A stretch of DNA of 64,000 bases. Origin: Candidatus Marinacidobacterales bacterium. GTDB taxonomy: Bacteria > Acidobacteriota > Vicinamibacteria > Marinacidobacterales > DATDRI01. Position 1 is the first letter of the stretch; the number at the start of each line of letters is the position of its first letter. The stretch lies in contig CBDCNP010000002.1 of the NCBI GenBank assembly GCA_965219415.1, positions 1,536,001-1,600,000 on the forward strand, read 5' to 3'. A program made the translations under genes and the position numbers. The notes under the pieces are model-generated. The model made no database searches. It was not told the origin of the DNA and saw only the letters and a list, made by a program, of their open reading frames with translations. Shown piece by piece: positions 50,777 to 59,726 of this stretch.

Positions 50777-51838
50777 CTATAGCGGCACCTTGGTCACGAT
50801 GTTGTCCACGTTTTGAACGAAGGCCTCGACGTCCGGTTGGGGGAACTCCATCGTCTCCGGAAAATGCCCCGCGAAGAGCGGAAAGTACGCCTTCGGCGGA
50901 ACGGGATTCATCAGTGTCATCTTGACGCCCGCCTTGTGGAAATCGTTCATCCGGTCGGCGACGTGTTGTGCGGTTCCACAAAATGTCATCGCATCGACCA
51001 TTTCATCGCTAACGTGGCTCGCCGCCTCATCCATGCTCCCGTTGGCGATGCCCGCAAGCATTCCCTCCAGATTTTTTCCGAAGCCCGCTGACTGGACCAT
51101 CTTTGCGTAAGTCGGCGACGAGCCGCCAGCCGTGGCGAACATCACGACGTGCGGCTTGATCCATTCCACCGCCTTCGGGTCGTCCGATACCAAAGCCGGG
51201 TGTCCAAGAACGATGTCGATGTCGTCGAGCGTCCTCCCGGCCTTCTTGGCGCCGATCTCGAGGTTCTTCAGGAAGGTGTCGCGAAAGTAGTCGATGGGCT
51301 GAAAGTAGCCAATTACCCCGTCCGCGATCTCGCCGGCGAGCTGTGTCATCTTAGGCCCAATCGCGGCCAGGTAAATGGGTACTTTGGGTGGCGGCCCCAT
51401 CAACGCGAGTTGAAAATGCTGAAGGCTCAGCGTCTTTCCTTCGAAGGTCACAACTTCACCGGAGAGAATTTTCTTGATGACGGTGATGAGCTCGCGGGCA
51501 CGAGTGAGCGGTTTGTCATAGGACAGACCGTGCCAGCCTTCGACGTACGAACGCGCCTGTGTTCCGAGCCCCAGGATCAGCCGGTTGCCCGATAGCTCGG
51601 CGAGCGCGCTGGCCGACAACGCCATGACCACCGGGCTCCGCCCCCAAATACCGGCGATGCAGGAACCGATGTGGATACGCTTGGTCTTCAACGCAAAGGC
51701 GGTGGAAGGAACAAAAGTATCAGAGAAAATGATCTCCGGCTTCCAAACCGTGTCGAAGCCATGCTCATCGGCTTTCTGCGCGAAATCGGTGAGCATAGGC
51801 AGTGGCAGGCTCTCTAGAATGACCGACGATCGTCCCAT
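50777..51838 (-). CDS. LLM-class flavin/F420-dependent oxidoreductase
   Basis: GFDTVWKPE, RSPVVMA, ELSGNRLILGLG, VPIYLAAIGPKMTQLAGEIADG. Confidence 0.88.
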   Translation of the reverse strand: MGRSSVILESLPLPMLTDFAQKADEHGFDTVWKPEIIFSDTFVPSTAFALKTKRIHIGSCIAGIWGRSPVVMALSASALAELSGNRLILGLGTQARSYVEGWHGLSYDKPLTRARELITVIKKILSGEVVTFEGKTLSLQHFQLALMGPPPKVPIYLAAIGPKMTQLAGEIADGVIGYFQPIDYFRDTFLKNLEIGAKKAGRTLDDIDIVLGHPALVSDDPKAVEWIKPHVVMFATAGGSSPTYAKMVQSAGFGKNLEGMLAGIANGSMDEAASHVSDEMVDAMTFCGTAQHVADRMNDFHKAGVKMTLMNPVPPKAYFPLFAGHFPETMEFPQPDVEAFVQNVDNIVTKVPL

Positions 51839-51853
51839 TGTTCCTACTCCTTC

Positions 51854-52872
51854 CTAAATTAGGCCGGCGTTTCTTGGCGCCCCCTCCCGTACCGCTTCAG
51901 ACCAAGTAAAGGGAAGCGGGAGCAACCAGTTGTCCATGGTGGCGTTCTTGAGAAACTCCAAGGCGTCTCCGAGAACGCGAAGCTGCGTATTCTTACGATT
52001 CGGCGGGCCGACGATGCGGCCTTGCAAGAATCGTGTCGTGACCGCCCGAGGCGGACGGACCAAGCGGGCCATCGCTTCCCAGGCTTCGATGTACAACGTC
52101 ACGGTGGGTACGCCGGCGGTCTCGATGGCGCGCGCTAGCTGTCCCACGGACAGGTGACAAACCGGTCAGCCGGGGATCAAGAGCACCGCGTCGGCGCCGT
52201 CCGCTCGCACTTTCTCCGCCCATTCCGGGCCCGTGGTCTCGATCAGATGATCCACGTTGGAGAGACCCTTGTAGGAATACGCCTTGGGTGACACCTTGAT
52301 CACCCCTTGCTCGGCAAGCGTACGCATGCGATCCAGTGGAAAGATGACGTTGGGGTCTTGCTGCACGGCATTCAAATCGTAGGCGATGTGCTCGAAGACC
52401 AGGCGTGCTGGATCGGTACTGGCCGGAATCTCGCGGAGGCTGGGAAATCGTTCGAACGATTTCATCGGATCCCGAGTCGCGGCGGCTAGATCCAGCCCGT
52501 CCGGCAGAAACGTCGGTTGTTCGGGGAGACGCGCCGCGGCGCTCGTGAACAAGGCGATTCTCGCCTCCGAGAGCGGCTTCCGTAGTCGGGCGAGTGCGAC
52601 CGGAGCTTGAGGCACCTTGGGAGCCCAGAAGGGAGGTTTGTCGATTGGAAACGTGTAGCCGCCGACCTGAGACTGCTGCAGGAAGTCCCCCAAGCCACCG
52701 CTCTCACCGCTGTCGATGGCGACGACCACCTGCCGCAGCAGCTTTTGAAAAAAGCGTCGATCTTTTCTTCCGATTGCCCGTACAGGAACTTGAAGGTATT
52801 GTCCGCCCGCGCCCCATGGTAGAGGCTGGTCACAAACTCCTCGAGGGTTAGCTTTCTTTTTTCCTCACCCAT
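51854..52872 (-). CDS. Glycine/sarcosine/betaine/proline reductase selenoprotein B-like protein (UxxC); in-frame UGA at 52168-52166 and a homopolymer frameshift near 52750
   Basis: KPLSEARIALFTSA, H.AYD....QDPNVIFPLDR..L...GVI, ADGADAVLLIPG-UGA-PVCHLSVGQLARAIETAGVPTV...RPPR. ORFs 52166-52729 and 51854-52147 are in the same frame. Confidence 0.87.
52139..52153 (-). promoter_or_regulatory. Putative bacterial SECIS hairpin
   Basis: Minus strand CTGTCC-GTG-GGACAG: 6-bp stem, loop starting GU, 12 nt after the UGA. Confidence 0.68.
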
Positions 52873-52961
52873 CTAGTCTCCTAGCCACGAGATAGAGACG
52901 CGCCCCTCCTTTTATCACGTGTCGGAGGTCAGGGGGAGCCCCGGGTGATCCAACCACATGG

Positions 52962-52971
52962 TTGTATACAA
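52962..52971. promoter_or_regulatory. Putative GntR-type operator TTGTATACAA
   Basis: Perfect AT-rich palindrome in the divergent intergenic region upstream of the GrdB-like gene. Confidence 0.45.
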
Positions 52972-52988
52972 GGAAAACCCCGCGAACG

Positions 52989-53017
52989 TTGACGATACGG
53001 GATCCCTCGGTTAGAAT
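52989..53017 (+). promoter_or_regulatory. Putative sigma70 promoter
   Basis: TTGACG-17 nt-TAGAAT. Confidence 0.55.
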
Positions 53018-53082
53018 CCCGGAACTCGACAGGCGACTTCTGAGCGACTTCACAGTGTCGAGACCTCGGCTTACGTAGAGAT

Positions 53083-53303
53083 ATGACGATCAGCCCTCGC
53101 CGCGTCACCGTTGGCTTGTTGTCCCTAGCGTGGCTTGCCACGACCGCCGCAATGGCCACAGACGGTGAGGGAAAGCTCCCCGTCCAGTACCGCGACAAAC
53201 CCTTCGCCGTAACCTTCGCCTCTCAGGCCGACATCTGGGTGGTCGGAGACTTCGGGCTGATGCTCTACAGTCCGGACGGCGGTGCAAGCTGGGAACGCCG
53301 GAC
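53083..53303 (+). pseudogene. N-terminal fragment of a YCF48/BNR-repeat secreted protein
   Basis: Signal peptide then WVVGDFGLMLYSPDGGASW (Asp-box); similarity ends abruptly near 53300. Confidence 0.7.
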
Positions 53304-54168
53304 TCGGCAGCCGCGCACTACGAAAAAGCGCTTCTCGACCCTCAGGAAGACTATGTCGTCCGACTAGTTGCGGAGGAGAAGCTCCCCGCTCTCAGTGACC
53401 AAAGCGCTCGCACGTTCCGCCAGCTACTTCATGACCCGGATCCCACGCTCCGAGTGCTTGCCGCAGGGGCCCTTCTCGAGCTCGATGATCGAGCCGGACT
53501 CGCGGTCTTGGAAGAAGCTCTCGCCGGCGATGACCTCGACCTGAAGGTAGACGCGGCGGGCGAGCTTCTTCACGCCGGTGTGGAGCAAGCAAAGGCCTTG
53601 CGGGCTCTCGCCGACATCATCGAAAGCGGCGAGATGGAGCCCATTCCACGAAGCAACGCCGCCTACGCCCTCGGCGACACTAAGAATCCGGACGCGATTC
53701 CGATCCTGATCGAGGCCCTCAAGGACGCAGACCGCGCGGTGCGATTGGCCGCCGCTAACTCGATCGCCCTTTTCAGCGACACCATGGCGCCGCTCTTGAT
53801 GGATATGGCCACGACCGATCCCGATCCTCTCGTGCGGTTGGAGGCAGTGCACGGGCTCAAGGAGACCAGCAACCCAAAGGCCGACCTCGCCCTCAGCAAG
53901 GCACTCGAAGACCCCGATTGCATTCGTAAGACTGGCTGCCGCGTCGACGCTGGCCCAGAGAGGGGCAGCGGGAGACGCGGGGCTCGTCAAAATCGTTAGA
54001 ACCGAAATAGAAGGCAAGGACTACAACATCCGCATCGCCGCCATCACCGCGATGGGCCAAGTCGGTGGCGGCTCCGCGGCCGGCTACCTCGAGCCGTGGC
54101 TCGCCGAAGACGATCCGATGACAGGGCTCTTGGCGGCCATCGCCATCGACCGTATTCTCAGTCGCTAA
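53301..54168 (+). pseudogene. HEAT-repeat protein, 5'-truncated, frameshift near 53925
   Basis: Repeated L.D.D..VR.AAA.AL units (LLHDPDPTLRVLAAGAL, ALKDADRAVRLAAANSI, DPDPLVRLEAVHGL); the frame opens at the junction without a start codon. Confidence 0.72.
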
Positions 54169-54177
54169 GAAGGCGAA

Positions 54178-54953
54178 ATGAAAGTCCTTCGAACGACGTG
54201 CACCCTCGACTGTTTCGATACCTGCTCGGTGCTTGCCCATGTAGATGACGCGGGTCGCCTAGTTCGACTGCAGGGCGATCCCGATCACCCCATCACGCAA
54301 GGATTCCTTTGTCACAAGGTCTCGAAGTATCCGGAACGGGTGTACCACAAGGACCGCATCCTCTATCCGTTGCGGCGAGTCTCGAAGGGCTTCGAGCGTA
54401 TTTCTTGGAAAGACGCGATCGACTACGCAGCGTCGGAGCCGCTGCGCCTCAAGGAAAAGCACGGGCCGCAGACCCTCTTCACTCTCCGCGGTCACGGCTC
54501 GATGGGCGCCCTCAAGCTCCTCTACGAACGTTTCATCGCCCTTTGGGGCGGAGCCTCCCGCGCCCAAGGAAACTGCTGCGCCGGTGAAGCCGAGCTCGGC
54601 TTCATCAGCTCGTTCGGGAACCTCTTGTGCCACGACATCCGCGACGTCCAGAACAGTGAAACTGTCATTCTTTGGGGAAGGAATCCCGCCGCCACGCAAA
54701 TTCATCTTGTCCCCTGGCTCCGTATGGCGAGGCAACAAGGAACGGCCTCCTCTTGATCGATCCCGTCGTCACCGAAAGCAGCCCGCTCGTCGACCAGCAG
54801 ATCAAACCGCGCCCCGGGTTCGATCACGAGCTGGCGCAAGCCGCGGCATCGGTCATTCTGAGAAATGGCTGGATGGACGCGACCTTCGTCTCCGAGAAAA
54901 CCGACGAGTTCGAGACCTATCGCCGGCACATCGAGTCCGTCGACGTGGAGGAA
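54178..54953 (+). pseudogene. Molybdopterin (bis-MGD) oxidoreductase, N-terminal fragment
   Basis: TCTLDCFDTC...GDPDHPITQGFLCHK 4Fe-4S motif, RILYPLRR, ILWGRNP, IDP..., IKPRPGFD; frameshift near 54745, and the gene ends abruptly near 54953. Confidence 0.82.
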
Positions 54954-55142
54954 CGCGCCCTTCTACGAAAAGTTTCGTGAGGAGTTCGTGGAGCGCACTC
55001 GCAAGCTCCGGGTCGGCGACCCGTTGGACGAAGCCACGGAGTACGGTGCCGTGGTTTCCGAGGGGGCACATGGCCAAGGTGCTCGGTTGCATCGAGCAAG
55101 CCAAGGAAGAAGGCGGCAAGATCCTTTGCGGCGGCCAAGGGC
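54951..55142 (+). pseudogene. Internal fragment of an aldehyde dehydrogenase, inverted relative to its N-terminus
   Basis: FYEKFREEFVERTRKLRVGDPLDEATEYGAVVSE.HMAKVLGCIEQAKEEGGKILCGG is typical mid-ALDH sequence. Confidence 0.8.
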
Positions 55143-55420
55143 TTGCCGGTATCGATGGACTCCGCTCGCACCAACTCATCGCTCTTCGCCTCGATCCTCT
55201 CGGCGATGCGGGTCATAACCTTGCTACGCTCCATCGCCGGCGTCTCGCTCCAACCGGGAAAGGCCGCTTGTGCCGCGGCGATGGCCTCGTTCAGATCTTC
55301 CTGGTCGGAATCGGGAACCCTCGAGTACGCACGTCCCGTGGCGGGTTCGAAATTCTCGACGTAGCGCCCGGAGCTTGGCGGCCTCAATTCACCGCTCACG
55401 AAATTGCAAATGTCTTCCAT
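55140..55420 (-). pseudogene. N-terminal fragment of an aldehyde dehydrogenase (2-aminomuconate / hydroxymuconic semialdehyde dehydrogenase-like)
   Basis: NFVSGE...FEPATG...AIAAAQAAFPGWS...ERSK...AESIDTGKP; lies downstream of a RidA-family gene. Confidence 0.8.
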
Positions 55421-55544
55421 GCCGGTTGGACCCGAAGTGAACGTAGCACAAGAAACTCTAGGGAGGCAAAGGAGGAGGTCTACTCATCGTGCGCGGCGTG
55501 GCGTACAACGAGACCGCGGTCGCTCTCGAGTGAGCCTAGTGCAA

Positions 55545-55940
55545 CTAGACGACGGCGTAAGCCTCTACTTCGATCATCATGTCGGGCAGTGCGAGCTGTG
55601 CCACGCCGACCAACGTCTGCGCCGGCATTTTTCCCTTGAAGAACTCCGCCTGCACGGCGCCGTAGTCCTGTATCTTCTGCATATCGATGCCAACAAAATA
55701 TGAGCCCAGCTTCACGACATCATCGAGCGATGCCCCAGACTGCTCCAACACGGTGCGCATGTTCTCGAATGTCAGCCGCGCCTGAGCTTTGAAGTCCCCC
55801 GGATGCAAGACCTCGCCCTCCGCCGATATGCTCGACTGGCCGGAGACGACGATGAGGGACTTTGCACCGTCCACCTTCCAACACTGCGAGAATCCGAATT
55901 GGTTCTGCCACTTCCACGGGTTGACTTGTGTCTTTTCCAT
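55545..55940 (-). CDS. RidA/YjgF family protein
   Basis: FSQ, VSGQ, QARLTFEN...VL...GASLDDVVK, PAQTLVGVAQLALPDMMIEVEA. Confidence 0.9.
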   Translation of the reverse strand: MEKTQVNPWKWQNQFGFSQCWKVDGAKSLIVVSGQSSISAEGEVLHPGDFKAQARLTFENMRTVLEQSGASLDDVVKLGSYFVGIDMQKIQDYGAVQAEFFKGKMPAQTLVGVAQLALPDMMIEVEAYAVV

Positions 55941-56046
55941 ACACTTCTCCTTTCGGGTCATTACACTACTTTGGAGATATCGTAGGGGTCAAGGAGAAAT
56001 GATAAACTCCCACGCCAGTCGCACCGATTCGAGCGCCTCAAGTTCT

Positions 56047-56535
56047 ATGGCCTATCGATACGAAGAGCAGGTCTCCGTCCACCCCATCGTGAAGGTCGCG
56101 TACGCTGCGATGCTCGTGGCGTACGTTGGATTCGGCCTGGGCGGAAGGGATCATACCGGCATTTTGTTGATCTTTCTTCCGGTCGTCGTGATTCTCATCG
56201 CCATCCCGCTTCTGTTCGGACGTCTGGTGTTTGAGGTCCACGAGGAAGCCATCCGCATTCGTTTCGGATATGTGGGGTGGCCGGGCAGGATCGTTCCGCT
56301 CGAGGACGTCGAGCGGAACGAGGTGGTCACCTATCGCCCCATTCGACAGTTCGGGGGTTGGGGCATTCGTGGCGGCAAGTTTCGAGGAGAATTCACCGGG
56401 GTCTACTCTCTGCGGGGAAACCGCGGGTTATTGCTCTACTTTAATAAGGACACTCGCTTCTTTATGTTTCGCGCTCGGAGGCTGATCCTCGGCAGCCAGG
56501 AGCCGGACAAACTCCAACAGGCGATCGGACGGTAA
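56047..56535 (+). CDS. Hypothetical membrane protein (two TM helices plus bacterial PH-like domain)
   Basis: YEEQ, two hydrophobic helices, YRPIRQFGGWGIR, LILGSQEPDKL. Confidence 0.7.
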   Translation: MAYRYEEQVSVHPIVKVAYAAMLVAYVGFGLGGRDHTGILLIFLPVVVILIAIPLLFGRLVFEVHEEAIRIRFGYVGWPGRIVPLEDVERNEVVTYRPIRQFGGWGIRGGKFRGEFTGVYSLRGNRGLLLYFNKDTRFFMFRARRLILGSQEPDKLQQAIGR

Positions 56536-56604
56536 CCCTGTGAATCATGACCCTTCGCACGAAACATGATATAGAGGCCCAGTATAGAAGGTCTAGGAGG
56601 TCCC

Positions 56605-57708
56605 ATGTCAGCAGGCGTATCCGAAAGACTGGCTCTCGACGAACCGCTCTCCCCCGCGCGCATCCTCATCTTCGGTGGAATCCTGATCGCCATCGTAGGT
56701 ATGTTCTTCGGGGAGTACTTCGCGATCTTTCACCTACATCAAAGCGGCATGACCATCGAGGCCGAGATGTTGAACTCGGTCCAGGCGGTGGCCGCCGGCG
56801 ACAGCGAGCCCATCGGTGGGTCGATGGAAAGAATCGGCAAAATGCTCGAGAACATGGGGACCAAGAAAGACACCCATACGCACTGGATCCAGCTCGCGTA
56901 TCTTTGCCTGATTCTGGGCTTCGTCCAGCCCTACATCGCCATCGGTGCCGATTGGAAGAGAAGATGGGCGATCATCTTGGTGGCGTCATCCTTTATTCTT
57001 CCTATCGGGGTCTTCGCGATCTACTACTTGGGCCTGTGGAGATCTCCGCTCGAGACCATCGGCTGGGGAAGCATCGTGGCCGACGCCGCGGGGGCAGTCT
57101 TCATCGTCGGCGTTTTCGCCCAATTCGTGGGTGCGGTCCGTCACTTTCGTCACGTTCCTGACAGGGGCGAGGTGGAGGCAGTGGCCAAAGACGATGAGGC
57201 GGAGCCGGCAAAGAGTTTTCTCCTTCGCTGGGGAGCGGTGCTGATTCTGATGGGCCTCCTTCACGGCGCCTACTACGCGGCGACCGGCTTATACGAAAAC
57301 GCGGAGAAGGACGTGAGCCTACTACAAGCCTCGCTAACCCACGCTATGGCCAACGACGTTCCCGCCGCCGAGCAAGCCGTGCACGACTACAACTGGCTCC
57401 AGGCCGAAAAAGCCATCTACATCGCGACCCACACTCACTTCATCGAGTTCGGATTGATGGCGATCCTCCTGGCCTTCGCCCAGCGTTTCGTCTTCCTATC
57501 CGATAAGTGGAAGCTCCGTTGGGCCCGGTGGCTAGTGGTAGGCGGCTTTCTCCTACCCGTGGCGGTCCAGTCCGAGCTCTGGTCGGGCCTTTACGGCGGC
57601 GCCGTTGCCGACCTCGCGGGGTTCCTCGTAATCACTGCGCTCTTGGGCATGTTGCTGGGTGTCATCCGGCATACCGGTGCCGTCGACGCCCGAGGAGGAA
57701 CGTCATGA
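56605..57708 (+). CDS. Polytopic membrane protein with two internally repeated 4-TM HxH domains
   Basis: Repeats GEYFAIF...DTHTHWIQLAYL and GAYYAAT...ATHTHFIEFGLM; RBS AGGAGG. Confidence 0.8.
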   Translation: MSAGVSERLALDEPLSPARILIFGGILIAIVGMFFGEYFAIFHLHQSGMTIEAEMLNSVQAVAAGDSEPIGGSMERIGKMLENMGTKKDTHTHWIQLAYLCLILGFVQPYIAIGADWKRRWAIILVASSFILPIGVFAIYYLGLWRSPLETIGWGSIVADAAGAVFIVGVFAQFVGAVRHFRHVPDRGEVEAVAKDDEAEPAKSFLLRWGAVLILMGLLHGAYYAATGLYENAEKDVSLLQASLTHAMANDVPAAEQAVHDYNWLQAEKAIYIATHTHFIEFGLMAILLAFAQRFVFLSDKWKLRWARWLVVGGFLLPVAVQSELWSGLYGGAVADLAGFLVITALLGMLLGVIRHTGAVDARGGTS

Positions 57709-58181
57709 CATCGGCCAACAAGACCTACATCGTCGGTGGTCTTCTGCTCGTCCTCATCGGGCTCATCTTCGGCGTCTACTACGCGATCTTCGATGAGCAT
57801 CAAACGCTGGTAGCAATGGGAATGGCCTTCGCGCAGTCCTTCTTCGAGGCTGCAGCCGGTAACCAAGCCGGCGTCTCCGAGAACATCGAGGTCTTCCGCG
57901 CCAACTCCTTCGAGTACATACGGGAGGTGAGCTTTCACGCCCACGTCATCGAGCTCGGCACCTTGGCGCTCATCATTCCTCTCTTCGCGCACCGGATCGG
58001 CTGGGACGACGGCAGGAAGTTACTCATTGCTCGTCTCTTTATCGTCGGAAGTCTGGCGTTTACGCTGGGAGTGTTGGCTCAGACTCTAGCGCTGAGCGGG
58101 GTGACGCAAGGGTTGGCGGTGATGGGGTCGGGACTCGTGATTGCTTGCGTCGGAACCCTAGTCGTGGGCCTGTTTAAATGA
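57705..58181 (+). CDS. 4-TM membrane protein, single-domain paralogue of the upstream gene
   Basis: GVYYAIF...SFHAHVIELGTL; ATGA overlap with the upstream stop codon; RBS GGAGG. Confidence 0.8.
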   Translation: MTSANKTYIVGGLLLVLIGLIFGVYYAIFDEHQTLVAMGMAFAQSFFEAAAGNQAGVSENIEVFRANSFEYIREVSFHAHVIELGTLALIIPLFAHRIGWDDGRKLLIARLFIVGSLAFTLGVLAQTLALSGVTQGLAVMGSGLVIACVGTLVVGLFK

Positions 58182-59548
58182 GGATGTGTCCCGAGGTCCG
58201 TGGAAAAAGAACGGCGCCCTCCACTCCGTCATCAGAGTATCATATCAGGCGGCGACCTCCGCGTGTTCGAGAACCTCGCTCAGACGTTGGTAGCCGTCGA
58301 TGCGTCGTAGTTGAATCTGGCCAGAGGCGATAAGCCCAAACAGCAAAGCGACCGCAGACTCCTCGCTGGAGAACGACGCTTGGGTTTTCGTCCGGCGTCG
58401 AAACTCGCGGTTGAGATTCTCCAGAGCTTTGGTCGTTCGAAACGATTTCCACATGGCACGAGGGAATTCGTAGAAGGTCAGCAGCTGATTACCGGCCTCC
58501 TCTAGGCTTCGGACGACGGCCGGCGCGAGAGGCGTCCACTTGGCGACGAGCTCGTCATAGGCTTTGCGAGCATCGAACCCGTTCTTGGCGTAGACGATCC
58601 GGTTGTAGTCACGCCGGAGCTCACGGCGTGCGTGCGCCGGGCAATGTTGGAGCAAGTTGGCGCGCTTGTGCTCGGTACATCGCTGCAACCGGCACCCCGG
58701 CCACTTCTCCAGCGCTTTCGTCAGCCCCTTGTGGCCGTCGCTGATCACTAGCTTGGGAGCCCGGAGTCCTCGAGCCTGGAGTCCCTCCAGCACGGAGCCC
58801 CAATGCGTCGAGGCTTCGCTCACCGCCAGACGCAATGACAACAGACGTTTGTGCCCGTCTGGCGCGACCCCGAGCGCGGCCAGTACGGGTACGCTGATCA
58901 CACGTTTCGCCATCCGCACTTTCAGGTGGAAGCCGTCCAGGTAAACGATCGCGTAGATCTCCTCGCTGAGAGCACGGTTCTGCCATTCCTCGAAGCGCTC
59001 CTTCAGTCGGCTAACCACGCGAGACACCGCGCTCTTCGATAGGTGCTCCTCACCGAGCAGTGGTTTCAGCGCTTTGCGGATCCGGCGGCTATTCGCGCCC
59101 GACAAGTACGTCCCCAAGAGCGCCTCGTCGACCTCACGAGTCCGGCGCGCGTACCGGGGCAACAGCTCGCTCCTGAACTCTGTCGTTTCTCCCGTTTCCT
59201 CGTCTCGCACGCGGGCTCGTGGCACCCGGAGCTCGCGAGTTCCCACCGACGTCGTCGCGCGACGGGTTTCGGCTCCGTTGCGATATCCACGGCGGTCTTC
59301 CGCACGCTCGTAGCTACCACACCCCAGCGCTTGGTCGACTTCTTCCTCAAGCACAACCTCGATCGCCTCCAGTACCCGCTTACGCAGCCGAAGTTGGACG
59401 AACTCCCGGTACTCGCTTACAGACTCCTTCAATATGGTGGTAGGCTTCTTCATGGCGTAATCCTCCTCCTCGCCTTTCCAGGCGCGGTTTCGTTTTGCTT
59501 AACCGGAGGTTACGCCATTCTTATTTCCACGGGAAGCGGGACGGATCC
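58182..59548 (-). mobile_element. IS256-family insertion sequence with 8-bp target-site duplication
   Basis: Imperfect terminal IRs GGATgtGTCCCG...CCGTGGAAA / GGATccGTCCCG...CCGTGGAAA; flanked by TTAAATGA at 58174-58181 and 59549-59556. Confidence 0.92.
58245..59453 (-). CDS. IS256 (mutator) family transposase
   Basis: RGYRNG, YLDG, ISDGHKGL, QRCTEH, RTT.ALENLNREFRRR. Confidence 0.95.
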   Translation of the reverse strand: MKKPTTILKESVSEYREFVQLRLRKRVLEAIEVVLEEEVDQALGCGSYERAEDRRGYRNGAETRRATTSVGTRELRVPRARVRDEETGETTEFRSELLPRYARRTREVDEALLGTYLSGANSRRIRKALKPLLGEEHLSKSAVSRVVSRLKERFEEWQNRALSEEIYAIVYLDGFHLKVRMAKRVISVPVLAALGVAPDGHKRLLSLRLAVSEASTHWGSVLEGLQARGLRAPKLVISDGHKGLTKALEKWPGCRLQRCTEHKRANLLQHCPAHARRELRRDYNRIVYAKNGFDARKAYDELVAKWTPLAPAVVRSLEEAGNQLLTFYEFPRAMWKSFRTTKALENLNREFRRRTKTQASFSSEESAVALLFGLIASGQIQLRRIDGYQRLSEVLEHAEVAA

Positions 59549-59726
59549 TTAAATGACTCCACGCTTCAGTCGGCCAGAGGGTTCTCCCATCTGAGCTCGG
59601 AAAAGCGGGAAAAGTCACTGTCGCACGAGACTGGTGCCGCACCATAGGAAATCGCCAGTGACGCCAGATGTGCGTCGGTAGTCAAATTTCCAGCGGTCCC
59701 CGTCTGTTCCAGATAACCCTTCAAGT

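Noticed and set aside
54754-54756. UGA in the Mo-oxidoreductase fragment as selenocysteine
   Set aside because: The family sequence (LLLIDP) continues in another frame after a single-base loss near 54745, so it is not an in-frame read-through.
59557-59726. Inter-IS spacer as an ncRNA or gene
   Set aside because: No recognisable ORF, RNA motif or repeat.
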